This document shows, piece by piece, positions 1 through 9,222 of a DNA stretch of 63,972 nt. The position numbers and the translations under genes are program-made. The notes below the pieces were generated by a model. That model saw only the letters and a list, made by a program, of their open reading frames with translations. It had not been told where the DNA came from and searched no databases. The stretch comes from Acidobacteriota bacterium (GTDB taxonomy: Bacteria > Acidobacteriota > UBA4820 > DSQY01): assembly GCA_037443845.1 (NCBI GenBank), contig JBBINO010000002.1, forward strand, positions 26,468 through 90,439, given 5' to 3'. Position 1 is the stretch's first letter. The number at the start of each line of letters is the position of its first letter.

Positions 1-675
1 GCGCTGGGTTCAGGCGCCGGAGTCGTCCTCTTCTGGCTTCTGGCCGACTACTTGCCGGCCCAGCCTTTGACCCACGACCCGATGCTAGCCGGCATTTTCG
101 GCGGGCTCATCAGCGGGCTTGGCGCCGCGATCGCCCTTAGAAGCGGCGCGTCGCTCGGCGGGTTTGACATTCTTGGAGTGGTCCTCAACCGCCGATTCAG
201 CCTCGGCGTCGGCGAAGCCGGGCTCTTTCTCAACGGCGCCATCATCGTCGCCGCCGGCCTGCTTGAAAGCCCCGAGATGGCTATGTACACGCTCATCGGG
301 ATCTACGTGGCGAGCAAGACCGTTGACGCCATTCAGTCCCCCCGCCCCCGGAAGGCCGTACTAATCATCTCATCGCGCTCTATGCAGATCCGGGAGAAGA
401 TTCTCTTCAAGATGGGCAGGGGGCTGACGGTCCTGAAGGCGGAAGGCGCCTACGAAGGCGCCCGGCAGGAGGCCCTCCTGTGCGTCATAACACGCTTCGA
501 GCTCAGAGAGCTGCGGGATCTCATACGAGAGGAGGACCCCGGCGCCTTCGTCACCGTTCTTGAAGCGAGCGACGTCATAGGCAGGTTCAAGAAACCGACG
601 GCCTACGCCCTATGGCAAAAACTCCGCCTCGGCGGTGTGGCACCCCCGGCGGCCAATAGCCTCCCTAAAGAATAA
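1..675 (+). CDS. YitT-family membrane protein with C-terminal DUF2179-type module (5' end lies off-window)
   Basis: The frame-1 ORF is open from the window edge. It has Gly-rich TM segments (AGIFGGLISGLGAAIALRSGASLGGFDILG) followed by a soluble tail (LTVLKAEGAYEG...ITRFELRELRDLIREEDPGAFVTVLEASDV) typical of YitT/DUF2179 proteins. Confidence 0.75.
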   Translation, partial: ALGSGAGVVLFWLLADYLPAQPLTHDPMLAGIFGGLISGLGAAIALRSGASLGGFDILGVVLNRRFSLGVGEAGLFLNGAIIVAAGLLESPEMAMYTLIGIYVASKTVDAIQSPRPRKAVLIISSRSMQIREKILFKMGRGLTVLKAEGAYEGARQEALLCVITRFELRELRDLIREEDPGAFVTVLEASDVIGRFKKPTAYALWQKLRLGGVAPPAANSLPKE

Positions 676-695
676 GCCCCGCCTTGCGGCGGGGC
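676..695. terminator. GC-rich hairpin between yitT-like gene and tRNA (possible bidirectional terminator)
   Basis: GCCCCGCC-TTGC-GGCGGGGC is a perfect 8-bp stem that starts 1 nt after the stop codon. It is followed by CGTTT, so the T-tract is weak. Confidence 0.5.
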
Positions 696-708
696 CGTTT
701 CAACCTGG

Positions 709-783
709 TGGTGGGCGATGCTGGATTCGAACCAGCGACTCCTACCGTGTGAGGATAGTACTCTTCCGCTGAGTTAATCGCCC
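709..783 (-). tRNA. tRNA-Val (anticodon CAC)
   Basis: I hand-folded a cloverleaf on the minus strand. The acceptor is GGGCGAT/ATCGCCC and the D stem is ACTC/GAGT. The anticodon stem is CTATC/GGTAG with loop CTCACAC (T33, CAC, A37). The variable loop is 5 nt (GAGTC) and the T arm is GCTGG-TTCGAAT-CCAGC. The discriminator is A and CCA is encoded. Confidence 0.9.
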
Positions 784-894
784 ACGGAGGGTTATTCTAA
801 AGGACAACGCCCGGCGCGTCAAGCGTCCTGCTGACAGCGTCCTGCTGGCACGCTTCCAGTTTAGGCATTACAATTTCCTCAGGAGGTGATTACG

Positions 895-1332
895 ATGCCG
901 CGCTGGGAAACGATTTTGTGCCCGGTTGACTTTTCCGATGTATCAATGACGGCCCTGCGGTACGCCGCGGACCTCTGCCGCGAGTGCCAGGGCAAGCTGG
1001 CGCTCATCCACGTGGTTGAGCCGATCGTCGCGCCTTCGGACTTCTCCTTCGGCCCCATGACGCTGACTGAGGTCGAGGACTCCCTGCTTAGCCGAGCCAA
1101 GACGGCAATGGAAGAGACCGCCTCGAAGCTCGGGCTTCAAGGCCGAACAAGCGTCATCGTCTCCAGGGGCAGAGCCTCCGACGAGATCGTCAGGACCGCC
1201 CAAGAGATCAACGCCGGCCTCATAGTGATGGGCACCCACGGCAGAACCGGCTTTTCCAGGACGCTTTTGGGCTCCACGGCCGAACGGGTCGTGCGCAAGG
1301 CGGCCTGCCCGGTCTTGACGCTCAAGGCCTGA
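895..1332 (+). CDS. universal stress protein (UspA family)
   Basis: The sequence ILCPVDFSDVSMTALRYAADLCRECQGKLALIHVVEP...LIVMGTHGRTGFSRTLLGSTAERVVRKAACPVLTL carries the Usp ATP-binding motif G-x2-G-x9-GS. AGGAGG at 881-886 favours the ATG at 895 over the GTG at 886. Confidence 0.85.
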   Translation: MPRWETILCPVDFSDVSMTALRYAADLCRECQGKLALIHVVEPIVAPSDFSFGPMTLTEVEDSLLSRAKTAMEETASKLGLQGRTSVIVSRGRASDEIVRTAQEINAGLIVMGTHGRTGFSRTLLGSTAERVVRKAACPVLTLKA

Positions 1333-1445
1333 CAGGATGGACGCGACTTCTCGCTTCCCAAGAGTCAATCGCGTGGTATCATTGTGCCCTTAGCCAAGCT
1401 GCGCGCCCGCATTCGCCGGCGCCGGAGAGGCGTTAAGGAGCTCAC

Positions 1446-2216
1446 ATGGAAGACGCGATCGTCATAGCTGGCCGGAAATTTCGTTCGAGGCTTTTCCTCG
1501 GAACAGGAAAGTACAAGGATAACCAGACGATGGCTAGGGCGCTCGACGCGTCCGGCGCAGAGGTCATCACAGTGGCCGTCAGGCGAGTCGAGCTCGACAG
1601 GAGCAAGCCCTCCCTTCTTGACGCGGTAGACCCGAAGCGCTATTTTCTGCTTCCGAACACGGCCGGATGTTTCACGGCCCAGGAGGCCATTCGCGCCGCG
1701 CGGCTCGGGCGTGAAGCGGGCCTTTCGGAATGGGTCAAGCTTGAAGTCATCGGCGACCAGAAAACGCTCTTTCCCGACAACGAAGGGCTGCTGGAGGCGA
1801 CGAGGGTGCTGGTGAAGGAGGGATTCACCGTCCTGCCTTACACCAACGACGACCTCGTCAACGCGAAGAAGCTTGTTGACGCCGGGGCCAGCGCGATCAT
1901 GCCGCTGGGGGCGCCGATAGGCTCCGGACTCGGGCTCCAGAACCGCCATTCCATCGAAATTATGAGGGAGTTTATCTCTTTGCCGCTCATTTTGGACGCC
2001 GGCGTCGGCACCGCCAGCGACGCGTGCGTGGCTATGGAACTGGGCGCCGATGGCGTGCTGATGAACACTGGCGTCGCGGAGGCATCTGACCCGGTGGCGA
2101 TGGCGGAGGCCATGCGAAAGGCGGTAGAGGCCGGACGCCTGGCTAGAAAGTCGGGCCGGATGGCGGCTCGCAGGTACGCCTCAGCCTCAAGCCCCGCACA
2201 CGGAAAAGTCCAGTAG
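1446..2216 (+). CDS. thiG: thiazole synthase ThiG
   Basis: FRSRLFLGTGKY..., KLEVIGD, LPY and IMPLGAPIGSGLG are typical ThiG blocks. An AAGGAG RBS lies upstream. Confidence 0.93.
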   Translation: MEDAIVIAGRKFRSRLFLGTGKYKDNQTMARALDASGAEVITVAVRRVELDRSKPSLLDAVDPKRYFLLPNTAGCFTAQEAIRAARLGREAGLSEWVKLEVIGDQKTLFPDNEGLLEATRVLVKEGFTVLPYTNDDLVNAKKLVDAGASAIMPLGAPIGSGLGLQNRHSIEIMREFISLPLILDAGVGTASDACVAMELGADGVLMNTGVAEASDPVAMAEAMRKAVEAGRLARKSGRMAARRYASASSPAHGKVQ

Positions 2217-2268
2217 GCAGCCAGGTCGAGCTGGCCTCGCGGGCCGGTTGCCGCCGCGGGCCGTCCCG

Positions 2269-2829
2269 CTACATCTTTTTCAGGTAGGCGCCGCTTCTCG
2301 TGTCCACCATCACGGTGTCGCCGACGTTCAGGTGGAATGGCACGTTCACCACGCACCCGGTGGAGCACTTGGCCGGCTTGCCACCGGTCACCGTGTCGCC
2401 CTTGAAACCAGGGTCGCATTCGACGATCTGGACGAGAATGAAATTCGGAAGCTCGATGCCTAGCGCTTCCTCGCCGTGAAACAGCACATTGACCTCGGTG
2501 TTGTCCGGCAGGTAAAGCGCGGCGTCGCCGACGACTTCCGGCGATATCATCGCCTGGTCATAGGTCTGCTGGTCCATGAAATGGAAGCCGTCCGCGTCGC
2601 GGTAGAGAAACTGCATCTTTCGTTCTTGCGTTTCGGCGGTCTCGACCTTGTCGCCAGCTTTGTACGTTTTCTCAAGGACCTGGCCTGTGCGGAGGCTCTT
2701 GACCTTGGCGCGTGCAAACGCGGAGCCCTTGCCCGGCTTCACGTGGTCCACGTCAACGACTACGTAGGCCTGTCCGTCTATGAGCAGCTTCGTGTTTTTC
2801 CGGATATCGTTCGTGTTGATGACGCCCAT
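2269..2829 (-). CDS. efp: elongation factor P
   Basis: The 186-aa product reads MGVINTNDIRKNTKLLIDGQAYVVVDVDHVKPGKGSAFARAKVKSLRTGQ..., a canonical EF-P N-terminus with KPGKG. An AAGGAGAG RBS is present. Confidence 0.95.
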   Translation of the reverse strand: MGVINTNDIRKNTKLLIDGQAYVVVDVDHVKPGKGSAFARAKVKSLRTGQVLEKTYKAGDKVETAETQERKMQFLYRDADGFHFMDQQTYDQAMISPEVVGDAALYLPDNTEVNVLFHGEEALGIELPNFILVQIVECDPGFKGDTVTGGKPAKCSTGCVVNVPFHLNVGDTVMVDTRSGAYLKKM

Positions 2830-2849
2830 TTATCGTCTCTCCTTAGTTT

Positions 2850-3212
2850 CTAAGCTAGTTGGGCCATGAATAGGTGGGCAAGCCTTTTTATCTCGTATCG
2901 CGCCTTGCCCGTGGGTTGGGATGCATCCGTAATGGCAAGGATGAACAGCTCGGGGGAGAGGCGGAACATCAAAATGTTCTCCTCCGTCGTCCTGATGGTC
3001 ATTTCTTCAAGCGCCCCGATGCCGATCTCGGACTGCAACCGGTCAAGGTTTCTCAAGACGCCGTTAAGTTCCGCGCCAAGAACCTCGTGGGGAAGCTCTG
3101 AACGGATCCAGGATTCTATCTCAATGCCGTCGCTGCCCACCACGGCCGCGGCGCGAAAGCCGGGAAGCGCCCCTTCGAGGCGCTGGAATACGTCGTCAAA
3201 CATGCCGCTCAT
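2850..3212 (-). CDS. Roadblock/LC7 (MglB-like) domain protein
   Basis: The product is 120 aa. The pattern LPGFRAAAVVGSDGIEIESW...MTIRTTEENILMFRLSPELFILAITD is typical of Robl/LC7/MglB-fold proteins. The gene overlaps the upstream TPR gene by 8-17 nt, depending on whether the start is M1 or M4. Confidence 0.7.
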   Translation of the reverse strand: MSGMFDDVFQRLEGALPGFRAAAVVGSDGIEIESWIRSELPHEVLGAELNGVLRNLDRLQSEIGIGALEEMTIRTTEENILMFRLSPELFILAITDASQPTGKARYEIKRLAHLFMAQLA

Positions 3213-4431
3213 ACCGAACCCTCCGAAGCCATCCCTCCAGCAACTTAACCCTGCGCTGCCTCAGCGCCATGCGGACATCCTCTTGGCGCACCTCGGGAAT
3301 TTCTGGCGCGTCCCCGTCCATGCGCCGCATCAGGCCGCGAATGCGCTGCTTCACCTCTTCATTTTCCGGGTTTGACAGAAGAATCCTCTGGTATATCTCG
3401 ACCGCCTTTTCCGGGAAACCCTGCTTGGCGTAAAGTTCAGCCAAGGTTGCGGTGTTGAGGCCGGACGATCCTTCCTCTCTCAGAGGCTCGGCAGGCCGAA
3501 GAACTTCCGTCACATGAGGCGCCGCGGCCACCTCGCCGGGCGCCACCTCCTCTTCCTCCGGCGCGCCCGAACCGCCAGTCATCGCCTCCCCAACATCCGT
3601 GGTGCGACCTGCGGACTTATTGTCGCCAAGCGCCTCCCCGGAAGAAAGCGATTCTTCCGAAAGAACGGAGAGCTCCTTGCCGTCACCCAGCGTATCGAGA
3701 AGATCCTCGCCCCCCTCCTCCATCAAAGGCTCGCCTTCAAGCGGCAACTGGGAAACGGTCCTAACAGTCTCCTGCTGATGAGGCGTCGCTGCCGGCTCTT
3801 TCCAGGCCGTCATTTTGATTGTACCGGCCGGATCAATGCCACTCCCGCCCGCCTTTTCGAGGGATGGTGCGTCCTGGGACGGGAAAATATCCTCCGGAGT
3901 GCCGGCACCATCGGGCTGCTTGGCTGGCTCGCCCGGAATCCCGGCATCATCACCAGCGATTGGCGCTGCGGCTGCCGGGCCCTCCGCTGGGGCCACGTTG
4001 AGCACGGCATCAAGGGCTTCAGATGCACCGCCTGCCGGCGAAGTCAACTCCTCGATCTTTTCGGAGACGCCCGGCCTGCCCGGCTCAAACAACTCGACAA
4101 TCTGGTAATGCCTCAGCGCCTTTGGCCTCTCCTCCAGCGCGTAATAAATATCGCCGGCCAAGTGGTTCGCCGCGACGTGGTCGGGCAAGGCCATCAGGAT
4201 GCGGTCAACAGCCTCCCTCGCTTCCTGAAGCTTTCCCTTCGCTACGTAGATCTGCGCGAGAAGCAGCCTGGCCTGCCACTGGTTCGGGTACCGCGCCAGC
4301 CCCTTCTGGCAGAGAGCCTCAGCCTCTTGGAGCCTGCCAACGCGCTGGTACTCCCGCGCCAGATCACCGAACCTCCTAGACCCCGGATCGCGCTTGAGCT
4401 CGGCTTCGAGGGCGGCGAGGTCCGATGCCAT
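3196..4431 (-). CDS. cytoplasmic TPR-repeat protein with a long acidic/Pro-rich central linker
   Basis: TPR-like helices occur at the N-terminus (EYQRVGRLQEAEALCQKGLARYPNQWQARLLLAQIYVAKGKLQEA) and at the C-terminus (LAELYAKQGFPEKAVEIYQRILLSNPENEE). There is no signal peptide. The start overlaps the upstream stop as TAATG. Confidence 0.7.
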   Translation of the reverse strand: MASDLAALEAELKRDPGSRRFGDLAREYQRVGRLQEAEALCQKGLARYPNQWQARLLLAQIYVAKGKLQEAREAVDRILMALPDHVAANHLAGDIYYALEERPKALRHYQIVELFEPGRPGVSEKIEELTSPAGGASEALDAVLNVAPAEGPAAAAPIAGDDAGIPGEPAKQPDGAGTPEDIFPSQDAPSLEKAGGSGIDPAGTIKMTAWKEPAATPHQQETVRTVSQLPLEGEPLMEEGGEDLLDTLGDGKELSVLSEESLSSGEALGDNKSAGRTTDVGEAMTGGSGAPEEEEVAPGEVAAAPHVTEVLRPAEPLREEGSSGLNTATLAELYAKQGFPEKAVEIYQRILLSNPENEEVKQRIRGLMRRMDGDAPEIPEVRQEDVRMALRQRRVKLLEGWLRRVRYERHV

Positions 4432-4961
4432 TACTGCCCCTGCAAGGTAAAAGACCAGGTAACTGGAAACGTCTTCTGAAAGCCGTCGCTGTTTCGATGG
4501 GCCTTGAAGGTGACATTGAGCGTAATCGTAACGATATCGCTCGTGCCGACCAAGCTCTGCACCTCTGGTGCGGCCATCCAGTCTTTGGAGACAAGCGTCA
4601 CGGAGTACCTTGTTGACATGGAGGAGGTCACCTGGGTAGGGGCGGTTATGTTTATGGCCGGCAGCGGCGCTATGTTGTGGCCGTTAGGGTCGCTGATAGT
4701 GAAGCCTCCCGTGCAACTGTCTATCGTCCAGGCGTCTTTCGGCAATAGAGAAATATTCGGATCGTTGATCGTAATGTGAAAGTCAAAATACTCCAGATGC
4801 GTGAGCGCGGGACTGACGACAATAGCCTGTGTCGCCGGGTCCGGCCCGTCGTAAATTAAATCCGAAAGCGGGTCCAGCTTTTTATCGTGCCCGCAGCCCA
4901 AGCAGAAAAGAAGGGCCAGGGCAATCGCCCCGACCCCTAGAAACTTTGATGTGTGCGTCAT
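4431..4961 (-). CDS. small lipoprotein of unknown function, immediately downstream of pilQ
   Basis: The N-terminus MTHTSKFLGVGAIALALLFCLGCGHDKK is a lipoprotein signal with lipobox L-G-C. The mature part looks beta-rich. G+C is visibly lower than in neighbouring genes: hand-counted lines give 38-57%. Confidence 0.6.
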   Translation of the reverse strand: MTHTSKFLGVGAIALALLFCLGCGHDKKLDPLSDLIYDGPDPATQAIVVSPALTHLEYFDFHITINDPNISLLPKDAWTIDSCTGGFTISDPNGHNIAPLPAINITAPTQVTSSMSTRYSVTLVSKDWMAAPEVQSLVGTSDIVTITLNVTFKAHRNSDGFQKTFPVTWSFTLQGQ

Positions 4962-4964
4962 AGC

Positions 4965-7454
4965 CTACCTTACGATTTTGGGCGTGAGGAAGATCAGTAG
5001 CTCCTCGTTCGTCCTTGTCTTTTGCCTGTTCTTGAACAGCCAGCCAAGCACCGGGATCTTCGAGAAGAAGGGCAGGCCGTTCTGCGAAATTCCCTCGTTC
5101 GTAACAAATATTCCGCCTATGACCGCCGTCTGCCCGTCCCTCACCTTCAAGACCGTCTTCGCTTCCTTCTTTAAGATCGGCGGTGGACCGGTAGGAAGGG
5201 CGTTCTTGAAGTCGACCGAATCGTTCGTGATGTCAACGGTCATGTTGACGTTGCCGTCCGCGCTGATTTGAGGCGTTACTTCCAGCTTCAACGTCGCGTT
5301 GACAAAAACTACGGTGATTTGCGTCGCCGTGGCAACCTGGATCGGTATCTGCCGGCCGGACTCGATGCTGGCCTTCTCGTTGTCCTGCGTGAGAATGCGT
5401 GGAGCGGAGAGGATTCGTCCGCGGCCCTGGTTCTCCAGTGCGGCCAGTCGGACGTCAAGCAGGAAACTGCCAGACAGGTTGCCCAGCATGAGATCAATAA
5501 ATCCATTCGAGGCCGTTGGAGGGAGGTTCACGGCGAAGTCGCCCTGGTAGTAGTTTGGCCATCCGTTTGCCTGCAATGGCTTAACGGGATAGCCGCCGCC
5601 GCCGGGCGCATTGGAGTTGGTCCACGTCGTGCCGGTTCCGGTCTGCCCCAGCGTTCCGGGCCCGGTGTACCAGTTGCCGCTCCAAGTTATGCCAAACTCC
5701 TGCGTCCAGCTTACGCTCGTCTCGACGATGCGCGCCTCGATCAGAACCTGCGGCGTCGCCGTGTCAAGCGTATCAATCAGCTTCACCAGAGAATCTTTCT
5801 TCGAAGGGACCTCTTGAATTATCATCGTGTTCGTGCGGGCGTCGGTAATGATTTTCCCTTTCTTGGACATGAAGGAATCGACAATTCCCTTCATCGTGTC
5901 GGCTTTAGCGTAAGAAAGCCGCTTTGTGAAGGTGATGGTGTCCTCGGCCGCCAGCCTTTCGTCCTGGAGTTTCTGCTGCTCGGAGAACTTACGCGAAATC
6001 TCCGAAGCGGGGGCGACCCAGATGACGTTGTTTTCGTAAACATAATCGAGCCCATTGTTCTTGAGAACGATGTCCATCGCCTGGTCCCACGGGACGTTGA
6101 CCAAGTCAACCGTCACCTTCCCTGAAACGGCGGGATGGACCACGATGTTCATCTTCGAGATATCGTGGAAAACGCGAAGGACATCCTTGATGTCGGCATC
6201 TTTCAGTGAAAGCGAGATCGGCTCTCCAGTGTATTTGCTGGTGCCTCCCGATATCGTCCTCTCCTTGAAAGAGAGCGGAACTACCGGGGCGGCGGCCGTC
6301 TTTCCTTCCGCGGCAGGTGCTGAACTGTCCTGTGCCACGAAGAGGTCTTCGTACCCCTTGAACTCCTTGTTTGCAGAGGGATCCAGAGGCTTCAGGTCAA
6401 CTTTGACCTGATCGGCCTTGGGCTTGGAAAGCTCCGGCTGTTCGGCCTGGACGGGAGGAGGCTCCGGCTGCGGCGTTTTGGCGGCGACCTCCGCTGTGGC
6501 CTTGCTAGGCTCTTCGGCGGGCTTGGCGTCTTGCGCCACGGCTGGCGCCGGTTGTTTGTCGGCCGTCTCGGCCGCTGAGCCCAAGCGCACGACGATCTCA
6601 TTCCCAGACGCGGCGACGTTCCACTTCGGCTGGTTCCTCGCGAGATCCACAACCACCCTGGTAACAACAGGGTCAGACTGGAAAAGGCTGACACGGACCT
6701 GCTGAACCTCGCCTTGCCCAGGGACACGCGCCGGAACGGTTCCCTTGCCAACTCCGGGAAGGTCAAGAACAATGCGCTCTGGGTTTGGCAGCGAGAAGTA
6801 TTTGGGCTTGGCGGTCCCATCGGTGCTTATGGTGATCGCCGAGCCGTCGGGCGAGACGGAAACGCCCACCACGTTGCGCGCCAGCACCACCGGACTTTGG
6901 GAGACGGCAGCATGTTCCGCGGGTCGGTCTACACTTGGAGCGCTCTGGGCCGGCGCCGCAGTGGTGGCGGCCTTAGCCTGAGGAGCCGCTGCAGGGGCGG
7001 GCGCGGGCGACGGCACTGGAGCGGAGGCCTGTGGAGCCTCTTGGGAGCCCACCACGCGCACCATCAGCTTGTTGCCCTCAGTCGAGACCAGGCACTTCGC
7101 AAGATAGGCTTTGTGGATCTCGAGCTTGGCGAGCGAGCGCCCCTTCGCCCGGTTCACAGGTTCCACGTTGACCGTGGAGACTGCGCCGCTATTGACGTCC
7201 AGCACCTTCGGAATCTGCGACACGTCCACGTCGGCCAGGTCAACGACGAAGGTCTCCGGATCGTAGTCGTAGTAGGTGTAATCAAGGATCGGGTAGGTGC
7301 CAGTCAGACCGATGACCACGGACCCGTCCCGGTTGGCGCTGTTAAGCTCCTTCAGGACGTTCAGGGTCCCGGGCTGCGCCTCTTCCGCCATGGCCGGGGC
7401 CAACACGGCCAGGCAGAGCAACACCGTCAGCAGCATGACTACGCGCTTGTTCAT
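4965..7454 (-). CDS. pilQ: type IV pilus secretin PilQ with two N-terminal AMIN domains
   Basis: The product is 829 aa with a signal peptide (LAVLAPAMA). Two AMIN-like modules are separated by Ala/Pro linkers. The C-terminal secretin core contains VLIEARIVE..., LAALENQGRGRILSAPRILT, GGIF..., IPVLGWLFKNR and ELLIFLTPKIV. Confidence 0.9.
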   Translation of the reverse strand: MNKRVVMLLTVLLCLAVLAPAMAEEAQPGTLNVLKELNSANRDGSVVIGLTGTYPILDYTYYDYDPETFVVDLADVDVSQIPKVLDVNSGAVSTVNVEPVNRAKGRSLAKLEIHKAYLAKCLVSTEGNKLMVRVVGSQEAPQASAPVPSPAPAPAAAPQAKAATTAAPAQSAPSVDRPAEHAAVSQSPVVLARNVVGVSVSPDGSAITISTDGTAKPKYFSLPNPERIVLDLPGVGKGTVPARVPGQGEVQQVRVSLFQSDPVVTRVVVDLARNQPKWNVAASGNEIVVRLGSAAETADKQPAPAVAQDAKPAEEPSKATAEVAAKTPQPEPPPVQAEQPELSKPKADQVKVDLKPLDPSANKEFKGYEDLFVAQDSSAPAAEGKTAAAPVVPLSFKERTISGGTSKYTGEPISLSLKDADIKDVLRVFHDISKMNIVVHPAVSGKVTVDLVNVPWDQAMDIVLKNNGLDYVYENNVIWVAPASEISRKFSEQQKLQDERLAAEDTITFTKRLSYAKADTMKGIVDSFMSKKGKIITDARTNTMIIQEVPSKKDSLVKLIDTLDTATPQVLIEARIVETSVSWTQEFGITWSGNWYTGPGTLGQTGTGTTWTNSNAPGGGGYPVKPLQANGWPNYYQGDFAVNLPPTASNGFIDLMLGNLSGSFLLDVRLAALENQGRGRILSAPRILTQDNEKASIESGRQIPIQVATATQITVVFVNATLKLEVTPQISADGNVNMTVDITNDSVDFKNALPTGPPPILKKEAKTVLKVRDGQTAVIGGIFVTNEGISQNGLPFFSKIPVLGWLFKNRQKTRTNEELLIFLTPKIVR

Positions 7455-7990
7455 TGTCCCTCCCCTTCTTGGCTCCTGATCTTGAGCGGCAGGTCACGGT
7501 AGGGTTTAATGGCAGTTGGGTCGTTCAGCTCCTGCTGGACGACGACTTCTCCATCCTCATAAGAAATGCTCATCACGACGCCGTCGGCGAACCTCTCGCC
7601 GGTGGCCGCCTTGTAAGGCTTGGCGTCAGGCCCCTGGAACCATGCGACGGTCCCCTGGGAGGTCTTGATGATCGCCTCCAGGGAACATGACTCTACCGTG
7701 AACCTGGCAAGGCCAGTGGTGCCAGGGTTGACTTTGACCAATCCCCCCTCCGCTGTCGCTCCCCTGACCAGAGGCGAAAAAGGATCCCGCTCGCCCGTGT
7801 GGCGGTAGAGGCTCTCGCCCTCCTCCAGCATGTTGTCGTCGCTGGGAGTGACAGGGGCGTTCGCCGCCGGCTGTCCGGCCGCAGCCTGCGGCCCGGAGGC
7901 CGGAGGCGCGGTCTGTGCCATCATTGCCAGCGCCAGCCCTAGGGCGAAAGCGACTAGCGCCGCAGCATAAAGTGCCCTGCGCTCTCTCAT
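7451..7990 (-). CDS. pilP: PilP-like pilus assembly protein
   Basis: The call rests on its position between pilO and pilQ with ATGA overlaps on both sides. It also has a signal/anchor segment, a Pro/Ala linker and a C-terminal beta domain (RDPFSPL...LEAIIKT...WFQGPDAKPYKAATGERF). Confidence 0.65.
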   Translation of the reverse strand: MRERRALYAAALVAFALGLALAMMAQTAPPASGPQAAAGQPAANAPVTPSDDNMLEEGESLYRHTGERDPFSPLVRGATAEGGLVKVNPGTTGLARFTVESCSLEAIIKTSQGTVAWFQGPDAKPYKAATGERFADGVVMSISYEDGEVVVQQELNDPTAIKPYRDLPLKIRSQEGEGQ

Positions 7991-8571
7991 GGCTTCTTCT
8001 CCATCGCCTGGAACGCGTCCGGGTTTTGCATGTATACGATGGACTGGAATTTCGCCGTTATAGTGGCGCTTCCCTTCGGCTGGCTTATACCTTTGATATC
8101 CAGGTTGGCCACGTTGACGATGCGCCTCATGTGAGCGAGCTTGTCAAAGAACATGGCGAGGTCGTGGTAGCCTCCTGCCACCTCCACCGTGTACGGCTGC
8201 TGGGAGTACAACTCCCCCTTCGTCACGTTGGCCGGAGATATGGCCTGGATGTCGAGGTTCTGGTCCCTCGCGAAACTCTGGAAAACTCGCAAAAGCTTGC
8301 CGGTCTCTGGCTCGACCGGGATGATGGACTTCACGACCTCCAACTCGCGGAGAATCAGATCAATCTGGCGCTGGAGCTCATCGGCGCGGCGCTGCGCCTC
8401 CTGGCCCTGCCTGATTTGAGTCTGAAGATCCTGGCTCTGCTTCGTAAGCGACGCCAGAGTCTGGCGCTGCCCTTTAATCACCCCGTACCAGGCGGCCACC
8501 ACCAGCACCACTCCCAGAGCAAGGGTGGCCAAGTACTGGCCCCAGCGTGGAAGCTTAGCAAACTGCTCCAT
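7987..8571 (-). CDS. pilO: PilO
   Basis: The product has a single N-terminal TM segment, a coiled coil (LQTQIRQGQEAQRRADELQRQIDLILRELE) and a ferredoxin-like C-terminus. It sits in the canonical operon position. Confidence 0.8.
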   Translation of the reverse strand: MEQFAKLPRWGQYLATLALGVVLVVAAWYGVIKGQRQTLASLTKQSQDLQTQIRQGQEAQRRADELQRQIDLILRELEVVKSIIPVEPETGKLLRVFQSFARDQNLDIQAISPANVTKGELYSQQPYTVEVAGGYHDLAMFFDKLAHMRRIVNVANLDIKGISQPKGSATITAKFQSIVYMQNPDAFQAMEKKP

Positions 8572-8586
8572 GGCTCCCTCCTTACC

Positions 8587-9222
8587 CTATATTCCGGCTC
8601 GCGCCGGAGCCTTGTTGGCCTGGGCCGGCTGACTCCCGGCAGGCTGATACGTGAAGGTCATCGTGAAGCTGTAAACCTCCGTCTTACTGGACGCCTGCTT
8701 GATATTGCCCATCTGCGGGTTGACAAAGTCCGGAAGGGCGACCACGTTGTCGTAGTAAGTCGAGATCGTCTTGATGCTGCGCGCCATCCCGTCAACCTTG
8801 ATCTGGCCGCTTCCCGCCTGGCTCACGGACGTGTACCAGGCGCCATCCGGGAGAACCTCGACCAGCCTGTTCATCAGGCGGACCGGCAGGCTCTGCTGCT
8901 CTTTGAGCTGCCTGATCTGGTCCAGCTTCTGAGAAAACTCCGCTTTCTTCTTCTCGAGGTCCGCCACCTTCTGGCGAGCGTTTTCGTATTTCTTCAGCTC
9001 GATCTTCTGGGCGGCGATAGTGTTCTCCATTTTGGTGTTGCGGATGAAGTAGTAGGTCATGGTCAAGAGGGCGGCCGCCACGAACAAGAGAAGTATCACC
9101 CCAAGCAGCACGTATGGCGGCGCTCCTTCAGCCGATTTCGGCGCTCCTGCAGCCGTAGGGACGAAAGCGCCTGGCTTACCCTTCTTAACCCGCTCCTCGC
9201 CGAGCAAGTTGATGCGGATCAT
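8587..9222 (-). CDS. pilN: PilN (fimbrial assembly protein)
   Basis: The N-terminus MIRINLLGEE is the conserved PilM-binding INLLP-type motif. It is followed by a TM segment and a coiled coil. Confidence 0.8.
   Translation of the reverse strand: MIRINLLGEERVKKGKPGAFVPTAAGAPKSAEGAPPYVLLGVILLLFVAAALLTMTYYFIRNTKMENTIAAQKIELKKYENARQKVADLEKKKAEFSQKLDQIRQLKEQQSLPVRLMNRLVEVLPDGAWYTSVSQAGSGQIKVDGMARSIKTISTYYDNVVALPDFVNPQMGNIKQASSKTEVYSFTMTFTYQPAGSQPAQANKAPARAGI

Noticed and set aside
706-711. A tandem CCACCA at the 3' end of the tRNA-Val gene.
   Set aside because: The second CCA lies outside the mature tRNA and is most simply chance flanking sequence. Nothing in the sequence indicates a functional CCACCA degradation tag.
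1333-1445. A possible TPP riboswitch upstream of thiG.
   Set aside because: I could not find the conserved CUGAGA and ACCUGAUCUGGAUAAUGCCAGCG-type elements or a plausible P1-P5 fold in the 113-nt leader. An Rfam scan would settle it.
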